NCBI GenBank assembly: GCA_017499595.2 | Contig: CM039006.1 | Location: 2,294,001-2,358,000 of the forward strand | DNA from: Psilocybe cubensis | Lineage: Eukaryota | DNA: 64,000 bases | Direction of reading: 5' to 3' | In this document: positions 12,951 to 27,163 of the stretch, piece after piece | Layout: each line of letters begins with the position of its first letter | Position numbering within the stretch: the first letter of the stretch is position 1 | Translations under genes and position numbers: made by a program | Notes under the pieces: generated by a model | What the model was told of the DNA's origin: nothing | What the model saw: the letters and a program-made list of their open reading frames with translations, nothing else | Database searches by the model: none

Positions 12951-14555
12951 CAGTGGGCAAAAAAACCGTTCAAGTGTTGGTCACGTATAAAAAGATTAAT
13001 TTATAACTTTGAAATTAAAAATGTTAAAAATATGAGATTATTCACAGATATACTATATGGTGTTAGCTAAAGGATGACACACTGATCATGTGATTTGTCC
13101 AAGAATTGACCAAACAGCAGCATACACAATTTGCTAAGTCATTCGAACAGTTTTTTTGCTAGTAATTTAAATGCTATAAACTATGTATTATCACATGACT
13201 TTGTTGATATACCAAACAACTATCAATAAAATCATGTGACTACATGTTGAATAGGTATATAATAGCTACAACCAACCTCTTTATCCCCCCAATCAAGCAT
13301 GAAACCCCTCTCTAAAGCAACCATTGCTACTATTGTCTCTCTTCTTACTTCTGGTCACTCCTATGCCTCTATCAAGGCCCAGACTGGAGCTAGTGCTGGT
13401 TCTATCACCAAGATTTGCCAAGACTACTGTCCTGAGGCAGTGGTTTCCCATGGACGACGCCCAAAGAAGCTGACTGGTGCCAATATCACCTATACCAAGC
13501 GTGGAATTCAAACTGGACAAATCAAGAATGCTGTGCAAGCTGCCAAGTCTCTGGCTACTATTAATGGCCAGAATATCAGTCCTCAAACAGTTAGGAATAC
13601 ACTCAAATCAACTGGCATAGTCTCAGTGGCAAAACAAAAGAAGCCTTTGTTATCAAAAAAGCATAGGAGGGCTAGATTGGAGTTTGCAGAAAGGCATTTG
13701 GAGTGGACTGTGGATGACTGGGCAAGGGTCTGGTGGTTAGATGAGACCAAAATCAATAGATTGGGTTTAGATGGCAGAGATCAGGTGTGGATAGACAAGG
13801 AAAACAGACAGGACCCCAGGAGGATCAAGCAAACTGTGAAGTTTGGAGGAGAAAACTTGATGATGTGGGGTTGTATGGGATGGGAAGGAATTGGATTTGC
13901 CACTAGAATTGATGGGAAGATGGATGCTTAGTTATATACTGAGATTCTAGGTGATGAGCTCCTAAAATTCTTGGAGTAGTATGGTCAACAGGTAGAAGAT
14001 ATCCACTTTCAGCAAGACAATGACCCCAAGTACACCTCAAAATTGGCCAAGAAATGGTTTCAAGAGCAGAATTTTAGGGTCCTCATATGGCTTGCACAAT
14101 CTCCAGATCTCAACCCCATTGAACATCTATGGGAATACCTCAAAAGAAGATTTAATGAACATGAAGTCACACCAAAGGGTATCCATGAACTTTGGGAGAG
14201 GGTTGAGAAGGAATGGAATGGAATACCCAAGAAAGTGGTGCAGAATTTGATTGCTAGCATGCCTAGAAGGTGTGCAGCAGTGATTAAGGCCAAGGATGGA
14301 CATACAAAGTACTAGTAGATATGATTTATTAATACTCAAGTGTTTAGCAAAAAAACTGTTTGAATGACTTAGCAAACTGTATATGCTCCTGTTTGGTCAA
14401 TTCTTGGAAAAATCACATGATCAGTATGCCATCCTTTAGCTAATACCCTCTAGTATATCTGTGAATAATCTCATATTTTTAACATTTTTAATTTCAAAGT
14501 TATAAATTAATCTTTTCATACGTGACCAACACTTGAACGGTTTTTTTGCCCACTG
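12951..14555 (+). mobile_element. Tc1/mariner (Tc1, DD34E) DNA transposon, copy 1, 1605 bp
   Basis: TA|CAGTGGGCAAAAAAACCG...CGGTTTTTTTGCCCACTG|TA; ~211-bp imperfect TIRs (12951-13161 and 14345-14555); TA TSD. Confidence 0.96.
13299..14315 (+). pseudogene. Tc1 transposase (338 codons) with two in-frame TAG stops
   Basis: HTH N-terminus, WLDETK, QQDNDPK, SPDLNPIEHLW. Stops at 13929 and ~13977 correspond to CAG and TGG in copy 2. Confidence 0.93.
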
Positions 14556-14557
14556 TA

Positions 14558-17500
14558 AGTCTCCAGTCTCTGGTGAGTCATACTCTATATATTCTGATTC
14601 CAAACAAACTATTCTAAGTGCGTCATTTGAATATATTCAAGATAACACGTCACTAAGTATATTTTCTATACTAGGGACATAAATAATCTTAAAATCAAAC
14701 ATTGCAAGCTGTTCTAGCCACCAGGCGCAACAACCACTGCTGGCACAATCAATATTCCAATGACTTAATATAGTAACAAGGCCTTTATGATCTGTAAACC
14801 ACCAAAATTTTACACCTAATAGTAAGTCTCTATATCTCATTATTATTTCTAGCCCAGCTAACATCTCTGTCTCATAAATAGGATAATTTTTCTGGGCAGG
14901 CAAGAGCTTAGCTGAATAGAAAACAGCAACAGGAGCAGTTTTCCAATCCATCTCTTAACTAATGACACTAGCTATTCTAATAATACTGGCATCCATTATC
15001 ATGTTAATAGGCAGTACATTCTCCAAATAATCAAGCGGGCACCTATAGTGATTACGGTAAGCATTTGTGCACTGCTTTATCTCTTTGAAAGCATATTGGT
15101 GAGTTGGTTCCTACTGGTAAGGTGCATCTTTACTAGTCAGTATGTACAATATTCTCATTGGGATGCAGACACTTTCAATATCATTTGCAAGATAATTTGC
15201 TGATCCTAGAAACCTGTGCAACAATTTACGGCTAGTTGGTGTCTTTCATTTCAGCAGTGCATCAACCTTATGCAGATCCATTTGGATTTTTTGGTTGTCA
15301 ACAATCTACTCTAATATCTTGACTTTTTTGCATAGAAAGTCTAGCTTGTTAGTGGCAAAAACATAAAACTTCTCTCTTTAGAGTACATCTAGGATAGTCA
15401 ATACCTGTTCAATATGTTCTTCTAATGTGTCTGAGTAAATTACTATGTCATCTAAGTAAGCATCTATGAATTTTGCAATGTAGGATAAGAATATATGATT
15501 TATTAGTGACTGGAAAGTAGCAGGAGCATTGCAATTACCCTGCTGTAATACATATGATACCATATTTATATTAGGTGTGGAGAAGGCCATTTTCCATATG
15601 TTTGCTGGTTCAATTCTGACCTGCTCATAAGCATTTTTCAAATCAATTAAATTTTAGTATGGTTTACTTAATATCCATTGCATAATGCCATTGATATCCA
15701 GCAGTGGATTTGTAAGTTTTTTGGTATTACTATTGCAAGCACGCAAATCAATGACTGTGCGTAGCTTTGCAGGTTTGCCAGGCTTTGCCAGCTTTGGTAT
15801 GAACATCATAGGAACAACTTATTGGGGCATAAAAACCTCAAAGCATTATGAGGGGTGCTAGCAATACTAAAATTTGTCATTTATTAACTCTATATAATGG
15901 TTAATTGCTCAAAGGGGTGGCAATGGTGTTTCAGCTACTGTTTTACATAATGGTGTGGCCTTTGCCTTCAAAAATTCACAAACTTTATCAAGATTTTTCT
16001 CTTGAATTCTTGCTATTTGTAAATGAAGAGTCCAAATAGCCAAGCCTTTAATTGGAAGGGCCATATTACTGCCTACAATAACTTGAGTAGGATTAAATCC
16101 TACCAGCACTTAATGCTGATACATAAAAGATGTACCTAAAATCAAGTCATAACTTGACAAATTAATCATATCAAATGATCACACTTCATTGATGTCTTGG
16201 TACGTTAATCAAGCACTTGTATTGTAGTTGACTTTAGAGCAAAAACCCAGAACCGCAAGCTGAACAGTGAGTGGAGTCTTCAATTCATATTTATTCAGTC
16301 TTAACTGATCAACTAAAATAAAAGACATGAAGGTCACATAACAATCTGATATCAATTAATACTTGCACCAGGCATCCCTGTATGTTTACTACAACTACTA
16401 CGGAGTCTGGTATGACTCTAGAAGGATTTTGCACAATTGCTGCGTTTCTTTAAGCTGCAGGTAAGCCATTTGTTAATGCTACCAATTCTTAGGCACTTAA
16501 TTTAACTATTAATTTTTTATCTAAACCAATTGCCTCTGCATCCTCGTTAATAGTCTCATCCTCATCATAAAAGTCATATTGATCACAGGAGTTGTCAATT
16601 GGTTCAGATTGGTTGTAAAATAGTTCATTTAGCCCAAATAAAGACTAATTTTCAACATCTGATATCACATAGTCCTTTATTAGCTTGGTTAGCCACTTGA
16701 AATACCAGGTTTGAATGTTGAGTCTTGGTTTTTCTATTTCTTTCGCTGATATTCTGAATGTCAGATATGTATAAATTCCAATCTATTATAACATACTTGA
16801 GTTTATTGAGCTTTTTTGTATTATCCAAGTGAACTACAAATCTACTGGTGCACTTGAGGCAAGATTCCTTAGTCATGGAAAGATATTTACCAAAACTGCA
16901 ACCTGTGGCTAATTTTCACTTGCAATTACGCTCCCAAACATTGAGCAAAATTGTTTTACAATACTAGCGCTTGTCTGGCCTTATTCTAAACAATCACACT
17001 TTTTGGGTATATTTTATTGTGTACCATCTCCCTATTAGAAAATCACAATACAAGACTAATCCCACGTCTAGCAATTAATCTGTATGATTGACTATATTGA
17101 GTATAACCAGTTTCTAACCTTTGTGGCTAGTATATACCATAAATCTGTTAGAAATATGAGATTCCCAGCATGGATTACCAGAATAAGGCCACATACTTTC
17201 TAACTAATGTTTTACTAAGTCACAAATTGGACTATCTAGTGTTTCATCTGATACACTACCCATATCCAGCCTGTATAGTCCTTGGGCTGCTTTCTTGTAT
17301 AATGGTGTATTTTGCAAGTAAAGGTTGTTGTCTTTAATCTCACACATTGACATATCAACCTGCATGCAATGTGATTTAATTGATGTTTCTATAGTGTCCT
17401 GGAGACCGATTAATATGTTTTCATTGTCTACTGCAACTTTAACATTAAAGCTCTTTACTCCAGGTGGTTTTCCATTGTTACCACTTGCTTTTACTATTTG

Positions 17501-19111
17501 GGACAATTTACAATGTCTTCCAATGTGTCTAATCTCTCCACACCAATAGCATTTAATATAAGAGCTGTATCCTTCTGGTTTGGATCGGTTATTTCCAAAT
17601 CTCTTATTGGGTGCTAATTCCTTTTTGTCACCTTTAGATCTATTTATATTTGAATCCTTGCAATTGTCTCTGTGATAGTTTCATTTAATTTCATTATTTC
17701 CAAACCTAGATTTCTTATTAAAGGTTCATTGACATTTCTGTGGGATTGTTTCTGGTTGTTCTTAATTTGTTGAGCAATCTCATGATAAGTAGCCACTTGT
17801 ATGACCTTGTCCCGTAATTCTGGCTTTAATCTGTTCCATAGATGGTCCACTTTCTATTTAGGTGTGGACTTACCAATTATATGGAAGAGAATCATTAACT
17901 CTGCTGCATACTCTGCTACAGTCAATAATCCTTGAGAGAAATTCTCAAGCTTTTTTCTTTGCTTCAGTCTATAGTCTAGTGGAAAGCAATAGTTGTATAG
18001 CTCAGTAAAGAAGTATTGTCTGTCCCAGTACTCTACATTTACTGATATCATAGTAGAGTAGAACTTGTACACTTTTTCTGCAAAATAATTAGCACACTTT
18101 ACTATTTAATCTTGAGGAGGTAATGCTGCTTCTTTACAGAATCTTTTATACTATATAATATATTTGTAGAACTTTATAAAGTCTGTTGCCGTGATATTTA
18201 TTCAGGGCTGTAGATGGTAATGGTTTAAACCTTGCATGACTGATGGTCTGTTCCTCTGTGTCTAATGGTCCCAGTACTTGGGCACTTGACTCTGGTAGCT
18301 TTCTACTACCATTATCCTTTATGTTGATAAAAAGCTGTCCCAGCAAACTTTCTGCAGATAGCTGGTTGCTAGGCTTAATAGTCTTGGCCTGTTTAGCCTG
18401 CATTTGCTAATATGCCACTTGTGTGATAAGTTCTTTGATGTTGCAAGACATAGGCATAGTTAAAATTTCATACTTGTTATTGATATTTGGTTGTTCACTC
18501 TGTGAATAAAGTTTTTGAATTTAGTAAGCTCTTTTAACTTTGTTTAGCTGTTTCTTTAAATCTTGAATCCGTTCATATTCTATATCAAGTTTGTTATTGT
18601 CTGTATTTTCTTGTTCTATATCTAAGTTGCTCAACTTGCAAGCGTAGAAATTAAGAATCTCATGCTTAATGGCTTGTTATATTTTCTTGGATAATTTATC
18701 CTTGGGAATGCTGACATTGTCCCAATTCCTGGGGTCAATGTTTTTTCTTTTATTAAATGGACTAGGTTTAGTTTCTGTCACATCCCTTTCTGTAGTTACT
18801 TTGTCAATATTATTCAGCTTAATAGCTTCTTCATTTTTTTCCAATCTTTCCATGAGCGATAATATTAAATTCTTAGTTTTAGCAACTACTATTTGTGCAT
18901 CATGCACACTAGTACACATGAAAGTATTGTCAGCTATTACATTCATATAATTTCTATCTAAGCTACTAAGGCTTAAGCTATGACAGATGTGCCTGGCTGC
19001 AGCGGCTGCATCCCTGGCCTTTAAATGGTATCCTTTACTGTGGCTGTCAATTTCAAATTCATCATGATGGTTGCTGCAACCACACATGTCATTCCCTCCC
19101 AATCCAGTCAC
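14558..19111 (-). pseudogene. Gypsy gag-protease-RT-RNase H remnant
   Basis: Fragments 14637-14951 (RNase H), 15378-15641 (RT, YLDD), 17854-18072 (gag: ELYNYCFPLDYRLKQRKKL..FSQG) and 18677-19111. Confidence 0.85.
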
Positions 19112-21139
19112 GGGACATCCAGCTTTTTGGTTTTTTCACCCTTCAAAGCAGAAGGATCTCTGTTAGATCCCATAGCAGCCATATCTCTGGAGATAACTTG
19201 GCTCCTCAGTGTGCAGCTACTTCTCAAAGCTAGGCCCTTATTAGCCATAAGGTTCTGCAAGCAAGTATTAGTAACACAATAGAAGTTGTCAACAACGTAC
19301 CAGGTATCCTTGGGTGATCAGGCCAAAGGAAACATAAAGATGGAGGTCAAAACAATGTGGTAAGGTGGTTGAGTAGAGTAGAGAGAGAGATAGTAGATGT
19401 GTAGTCAAAAATATATGACAGGGTGTGATAATCACATAAATCCTAGCACATATTTGAAACCCAAAAAGACTGTTCAAATGAGAATCTATTCAAGCTTGTT
19501 CTCTACCTACTCTACCTATGTCCTTATATATCTTTTATGTACCTATATACATCATTTATTTATGTCTAAAGTTGAATAATATGCTAAGACTTTTCAGAAA
19601 TCATGAGCATGGCTGCATCTGAGATTGAAAGTTGTTATTTACAAAGTGACTCTGTCATACAAAGACCCAGATGGATATGGGCCTTTATTTATGCTTTGCT
19701 TGTGGTCACCTACCTAGGGTCTCTCCTAGATACATTTTGACATATCTTGGCTTATACTCATTGGATTTCTATGATTCTATATACCACAGATAGGTGTCAC
19801 TTGGGGCTACACAGCTATGCTATTTAAGTATTTTTTAAATATTATCTTGCCCATCATATTTTGCCTTTTTGCTATTTTTGGACAATATTGCTTATTCTTC
19901 TTATACCATCTTGTGAAACATTTTGGCTATTTAGCACTTTAAATATAGAATGTAGGAGATATTAATGGCTATCCATAAATGTATAATATGTGCATTTTGG
20001 TGAAGAATAAGTGGTGATATACTAATATTATAATAGAAACCCAACCCCTTCTTGTTTACCTCATAACCAAAGTGTTCTTCTTTATCCAGAATGTTTCAAA
20101 GATATGTATTGCGTTTGTGGCACTATATAAAATAGCATTACATATCTATATGTGCTAGGAATGATTATTCTATCCCATAATAAAATATATAAGTTCTGGA
20201 GAGGATGAGGTAGCATCCTGAGATCTTAGAGTTGCACCAAGATTTTAGGCTTTAAAAATTGGTATAATAGATGCCTACCCAGCCCTAGTTAGGCCTGAAT
20301 TTGTCTAACTGGGAATGCATTCATACAAGGGGTAGGAGGAGGGGTAGGATGCATATTATAGTTTAATAGGTTTTACTGCTCCAATTAGACTAAAACCTGG
20401 CATGTACTCTGCCTAACAGAAATATAAAACAATGGCATAGTCAAAAAGATATATACCAACCCCTGGAGGGTGCTATTTAAGGTGCATCTTTTGGCCAAAA
20501 CATTGTATGCTTAATTGCACAATAACAAGTAAACATATTGCAATTGTAATTTTAGAATTAGATTGGGACACATTAAAGCTATAGGACTACCAAAAAACAC
20601 CAAGGGAAAGAGTTAAGAAATGCTCCTAAAAGCGCCTAATCCATTGCCAGCAATATACAAAAGTAGTATAGGATGAGTGTTATTTATAGAGCCAAAAGCC
20701 AAGGTAAGGAGCAGGGACAGGACTCTGATATAATGGCTATCAGTCCTAATTCTAATATATCTAGTCCAAGTTCCTGAGCCAAAAATAGTATGCACTAATC
20801 AATCTAGTATAGGATTACCAAGCCTAGATAATCATAAGATTAGATATAAAATCATAATAAAATCCTATGCATAAACATTGAAATCAATGCTATACAGCAA
20901 TAAAATCCTTCTAGATAACAATTGAAATCTAATTAAAATCATGCTAAGTAGTTAAATGAAACAGCCTGGATTTGAAATCAAATATATAAGTAAGTTAATA
21001 AAATATAATCAAAGTGAAATGAAATCAAGCAAATAAAAGCAATAAAATCATTGAAGATTTCATCATTCTTTTACTTGGATATCATTGATATGAAATGCCT
21101 GGTAAGAATGTAATTTGCCACCTAGACAGTTACTTGTTA

Positions 21140-21892
21140 CAAGACTTTTAGGAAGTAAAAATAAGTTTTTTTTACCAAGAATATTAGCCATCAAAAGTGT
21201 AATGCCTGTAGACACCGTGAAAACATATTTGTGATGCCATCAATTTGTTTGTTTTATCTTATTGGTTTGCATCAACCATCAGTAATGCTATTAACTGATC
21301 ACATCATTATCTAACACTTGGTTACATAATAATTTGTCATGCTTATTCATCTGTTGTCTTGTTATATCTGAGTTCTAAACTGTGACATTGACACAAATAC
21401 TGATGCCATCAATATTTTGTAATACCATCAACTCCTTCAAATGGCTATGCATTATGCATGTGATTTAAAACCATATGACTCAAAATTTAAAACCCAGCTC
21501 CACTCAGCTCCAATATCCGCAGAAACAAAGACTTTGAAGGTATCCATCTTGATGGATATTACATTATTAATATAAATTTTTGAAACAAATGTTTCATAAT
21601 TTAAAACAAGTATATAACAGCCAGATCTTTATCAAATCTAGTAAAATAAGTTGCAAATCATTTACAAAATTCAAAGCAACATTACTGCTTATGTAATATG
21701 TCAGTATGTGACACTTTTATATTATAAACAAAGAAATTTCAAAAGATTAAATTAAAAACAATCAATGTTATTAGATTTAAACCCAGTATCCATAGATAAA
21801 ATTAGCTGGCTTATACATATAGCTTTTTAATATTGATCAATATCATTTATATGATAAACTTTATCTTAATATATTTAAAGGGAGGGTACTAT
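21140..21892. repeat. Degenerate block duplicated at ~28040-28652 plus 29566-29772
   Basis: Shared strings, e.g. ccatcaaaagtgtaatgcctgt, gatgccatcaatatt, aaacccagtatccatagataaaattagctggctt. Confidence 0.8.
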
Positions 21893-23334
21893 CTATTTCA
21901 ACTACAAAAACTAGTATAATTTATTCATAAATAAATGCATGTAATTGACTCTTGGTGTGTTTTGGATACAAATAGAAATAAAAGTTTTATATAAGATTAT
22001 TATGTAATATCAAGATACCAAGCCAATACATGTCATTGTTATATCAAATGCAGCACAATTTAAATAATATAATCTGCTACTTTTGTGTCAGAAAAGTATT
22101 ATATTATATCTTCAATGTACAACACTTGTGTCAAGCTTATATTCCAAATGATTGCTTATTCTAACATTGCCAGATTTACTATATAACAAGTCAAAAGGCA
22201 GTTCACAAGCTAGACCTATTATGACTTCAATACTATATAGAAGAAAAATAGGATCAACAGAAATTTATTAACCTGTTTGAGTATTGTTTAAGATATATTG
22301 GCTTGAGCCCAACTTACAATTATCTACTTAAGTCAAATCCAGATTGAAAAGTTAGTGTTTTTTACTTGCTAGATTTGTTTAAAACATTTTAGGATCAAAC
22401 TCTATAGCAGAAAAATAAATAATTAATAAAAAAAGTGTAGTCAAAAACTAATAATGCCCTAATGCTTGTGGTTATCTGTAGAGCCATAAATATAAAAAAA
22501 TATATTTAAGCATTTTTCAAGCTCTTACTCAATTTTTTTAAAGCTAATAAACAGACAATAGAAAGAAAATTAAAATTATCATCCTCTTTGATAAGCAATA
22601 AAGAAAATATAATAGTTTTTAATATAATCCGTATAGGCTTAAGAGGTGCATATAAAGCAGAAAAAATAAAAGACAAGTCCTGTCAATCTGTAAGCATAAC
22701 AAGAATAAAATCTTTTAGAATTTTAGTAATGCTGCAAGCACTCACAAATGTAATAGTAGGATGAGTAAGTAAGCAGCTCAAATTTATTAGCATACAAAAA
22801 AAACATCTTCTGCAATGCAATAGAGGTATTATTATTGTTGAATAAGTTGATATTAATCAATAGTGGCTCTTACATGATACTAGTATTACCTTCTATTGGT
22901 ATGAGTAGGTGTGATCTAAATACTACATTAAGTGTCCCAGACTCCACTCTTTTTTAATGTTACATCCCATCCAAATAGAGATGATTAAAAACATCCAATG
23001 ATTTTTTTAAAAAATTGATAGAATATTAGTTATTTGATATCCTAAGCCTCTATTCTACATGTTGTTGAGAATACAGACAAAATTATAAATCAAGAAAATT
23101 AGATTTGATTAAAACATATCTTATTATCCAGAATATACAGTATGCAGTCAAAAAATAAATGATAAAAAAATATAATTCTTGTTAAAAAAGCATGTCTAAG
23201 ACTAACACCATGCAGTTAAATATGCTGTGTATAATTTGCACATAATCTGGCCATTATCTGGTATTAGTCATAGGAGTATAATATTCTTATTTTCCAGATT
23301 AGTATGCATAGTGCAGCATAATTTTGCACTTGTA

Positions 23335-23511
23335 AAAAGGCTAACTCTATAATTGCAGATTTTTTGAAATTCAAGAATTTACTATAAACATATTAGAATG
23401 TAAAATATTTTTAAATACACAACAATTTTCTAAGACTCATATTATATAAAAAAATCAAAATAAGTAAAAGTCTTGTATTGCTGTGCTTTGCAATAGCCCC
23501 ACAAACCAAGT
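23335..23511. repeat. Degenerate block duplicated at ~30145-30322
   Basis: ggctaactctataattgcagatt...gtaaaagtcttgtatt...caaaccaagt in both copies. Confidence 0.75.
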
Positions 23512-23943
23512 TCAAACCGGTTTAAACTAAACTTTTAGTGCAAAAAATTTCATAATTTTTGGTGCAGAACTTGTTGTTTTACAATTAAAAAACATAATAA
23601 GACATTAAAATTCAGTTTGAAAACTAAGTTTTAATTGTAACCAGCCACTTTAGAGTCATTATATAATACAAATGGCTTCTGGTAATGGCTGGTACATGAA
23701 GCATAGAAAATGTTCATTAAAGTTGCAGATCTATCTGGGACAGAAAGTGTTCATTAAAGTTGCAGGACTATCTGGGATAACTTGAAAGGAGGGCCATTGT
23801 TTACCTATGGCAGTTACAAGGCTAGATGCCATTATGTGAATATTTTAATGTAGAGCTGTTCAATAACATTATTTCTAATTTATATTTTATGCTGCTATTT
23901 ATTTATAATCACAACTCTACAGTGTTATATATGCCTTGAATTA

Positions 23944-25548
23944 CAGTGGGCAAAAAAACCGTTCGAGTGTTGGTCACGTATGAAAAGATTAATTTATAAC
24001 TTTGAAATTAAAAATGTTAAAAATATGAGATTATTCACAGATATACTATATGGTGTTAGCTAAAGAATGACACACTGATCATGTGATTTGTCCAAGAATT
24101 GACCAAACAGCAGCATACACAATTTGCTATGTCATTTGAACAGTTTTTTTGCTAGTAATTTAAATGCTATAAACTATGTATTATCACATGACTTTGTTGA
24201 TATACCAAACAACTATCAATAAAATCATGTGACTACATGTTGAATAGGTATATAATAGCTACAACCAACCTCTTTATCCCCCCAATCAAGCATGAAACCC
24301 CTCTCTAAAGCAACCATTGCTACTATTGTCTCTCTTCTTACTTCTGGTCACTCCTATGCCTCTATCAAGGCCCAGACTAGAGCTAGTGCTGGTTCTATCA
24401 CCAAGATTTGCCAAGACTACTGTCCTGAGGTAGTGGTTTCCCATGGAGGACGCCCAAAGAAGCTGACTGGTGCCAATATCACCTATACCAAGTGTGGAAT
24501 TCGAACTGGACAAATCAAGAATGCTGTGCAAGCTGCCAAGTCTCTGGCTACTATTAATGGCCAGAATATCAGTCCTCAAACAGTTAGGAATACACTCAAA
24601 TCAACTGGCATAGTCTCAGTGGCAAAACAAAAGAAGCCTTTGTTATCAAAAAAGCATAGGAGGGCTAGATTGGAGTTTGCAGAAAGGCATTTGGAGTGGA
24701 CTGTGGATGACTGGGCAAGGGTCTGGTGGTTAGATGAGACCAAAATCAATAGATTGGGTTCAGATGGCAGAGATCAGGTGTGGATAGACAAGGAAAACAG
24801 ACAGGACCCCAGGAGGATCAAGCAAACTGTGAAGTTTGGAGGAGAAAACTTGATGATGTGGGGTTGTATGGGATGGGAAGGAATTGGATTTGCCACTAGA
24901 ATTGATGGGAAGATGGATGCTCAGTTATACACTGAGATCCTAGGTGATGAGCTCCTAAAATCCTTGGAGTGGTATGGTCAACAGGTAGAAGATATCCACT
25001 TTCAGCAAGACAATGACCCCAAGCACACCTCAAAATTGGCCAGGAAATGGTTTGAAGAGCAGAATTTTAGGGTCCTCATATGGCCTGCACAATCTCCAGA
25101 TCTCAACCCCATTGAACATCTATGAGAATACCTCAAAAGAAGACTTAATGAACATGAAGTCCCACCAAAGGGTATCCATGAACTTTGGGAGAGGGTTGAG
25201 AAGGAATGGAATGGAATACCCAAGAAAGTGGTGCAGAATTTGATTGCTAGCATGCCTAGAAGGTGTGCAGCAGTGAATAAGGCCAAGGGTGGACATATAA
25301 AGTACTAGTAGATATGATTTATTGATACTCAAGTGTTTAGCAAAAAAACTATTTGAATGACTTAGCAAACTGTATATGCTCCTGTTTGGTCAATTCTTGG
25401 AAAAATCACATGATCAGTATGCCATCCTTTAGCTAATACCCTCTAGTATATCTGTGAATAATCTCATATTTTTAACATTTTTAATTTCAAAGTTATAAAT
25501 TAATCTTTTCATACGTGACCAACACTTGAACGGTTTTTTTGCCCACTG
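23944..25548 (+). mobile_element. Tc1 DD34E transposon, copy 2, 1605 bp
   Basis: Same termini, TA TSD and length as copy 1. Confidence 0.96.
24292..25308 (+). pseudogene. Tc1 transposase with one premature TGA (25123-25125; TGG in copy 1)
   Basis: D (WLDE), D (QQDN) and E (NPIE), with 34 residues between the second D and E. Confidence 0.93.
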
Positions 25549-26639
25549 TATATAATTTATTACAGTAAACAAAAATGAATTGTCTCTATAGTATTATAAG
25601 TATATAATTTAGCAATGCTATGAAAATAAATACAAACTTTTAATTAAAAAAAAACTACAAAGTATAAGATTTGAATGCTTGACATTGGGAACAGCAATAC
25701 ACAAATACTTACCAACTAATTCTCATCAGCTTTGTACTGCTGGTTGTCAAAGGAAGAATGATTGGCAAGATGGATATACCAGTAATACACTGGTTATCAA
25801 GAGGATGGAAAGTAATGATAACACACTGCCGGTTATCTAGAGAATAAGTGGCAATGGAAAAAACTACCAGCCAGCACTTGCATTGGCCCTTGCTGCTGAT
25901 TGTCAATAGATGGATGGTGATGAGTAGCAATCCACAAGCCAAGTAACATGTGGACTTTGAACCTAATTGCTGAAAATAGCATTGCATTTGAATTTGGAAT
26001 GAATACCTATATATGGAAAGGCCAAGGAAAATTTGGACTTTGGGATTTGCCAGCTACTCAAGTATTATATAGCCAAAATTTTGGCAAGGGTCAAAGATGA
26101 AAAGAACAAGTCTTCCCTATAGTCAGCCTTGTTACAAGATTTTATGTAAGTAAAGTGAGTTCTTTTATCTCGACAACCCACTGTGCAAAAAAATATCCTT
26201 GCCAATTGTCCCCATTAGTAAATCATTGATGCCATCAAAATTGCGTGATTAATACTGGTTTTTATTTAACTGGTATGCTTCTTATGTGGTGGAAAACAAA
26301 ATTAAATATTATTACATCATGACCTTTTAGTCACAAATTAAACATTTTGAAGCAGATAGTTATTGATCAAGACTAAAAATTTTATAATAATGACCTCATT
26401 TAATTGATTTGAGCCCATTAATTAGTCACCATCAATTCCATACCAAGTATTTTGCATGCTTTTTACACCTCTAACTGCAAATAGAGGTAAATAGAATACT
26501 CTGTTGTTACCAAATGAAGTTAGTATAAATAACTATCAGACTGCAGAAAAATAGAATAAAAAATAATAAACATTATGTATTTAGCTATTATTAATGCCAC
26601 TTCAGATAACTTGTCATATTAGACTTATTGTGGTATTTC

Positions 26640-26995
26640 TACTGGCCATAAATTAATAAGCAGGTTGTGGGAATAACTTGCATATAGTGTATGCAAGTTA
26701 TTCTCATGATCATTCCAGTATGTTTAAGCAAGTTAAACTTTTTTGATAATTTCTGATACATTACTAAGATGCATTGCATATGTTTCAGGTAAAATACAAG
26801 TATCTTTGGCAATAGTAATTATTTTCAATGCTACTTCAAATAATCTTGTCATATTAAACTTGTTGTGCTGTTTGTATTGGCTATAAATTAATAAGCAGAT
26901 TGTGGGAATAACTTGCATATAGTATATTCAAGTTATTTCCATGGTCATTTCAGTATGTTTAAGCAAATTGAACTTTTTTGATAATTTCTAATATA
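26640..26995. repeat. Degenerate tandem duplication (~240-bp period), second unit truncated at 26995
   Basis: ataaattaataagcag.ttgtgggaataacttgcatatagt...ttttttgataatttct occurs at ~26647 and ~26883. Confidence 0.8.
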
Positions 26996-27026
26996 CTAGT
27001 AGTGCCCCTATGCTTTTTACGGAAAG
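26996..27026 (-). mobile_element. Probable Helitron 3' terminus
   Basis: Minus strand CCGTAAAAAGCATAGGGGCACTACTAG|T: decayed hairpin, then CTAG followed by T. The breakpoint falls at an A^T of the duplicated flank. Confidence 0.45.
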
Positions 27027-27163
27027 TTGGGCTGTTATTTAGGCCCTAAAAAGCTCTCCTAAGGGTTTTTAGGCCCAATTATAGTGTTTTTCAGATAGAA
27101 TAGATTATTATAATTATAATATCCACTGGACAGAGTGTTTGGCGGACAGCACATGACTCACGT

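Larger units (their letters stand above)
4625..19280 (-). mobile_element. Decayed Ty3/Gypsy LTR retrotransposon (chromodomain-bearing), interrupted by a Copia and a Tc1 insertion; its LTRs not identified
   Basis: Minus-strand order gag (17.5-19.1 kb, CCHC-like C*WCGEIRHIGRHC) - protease - RT (QQGNCNAPATFQ, YLDD) - RNase H (YPIYETEMLA, FTDHKGL) - integrase (SDRDKWFTSHF, YHPQTDGLTEQ, KLAPRFIRPY) - chromodomain-like end (~4630-4800). The reading frame joins across both insertions. Confidence 0.9.

Noticed and set aside
19290..20600. Gypsy 5' LTR
   Set aside because: Position is plausible, but no partner copy, clear TG..CA ends or PBS could be confirmed in the window.
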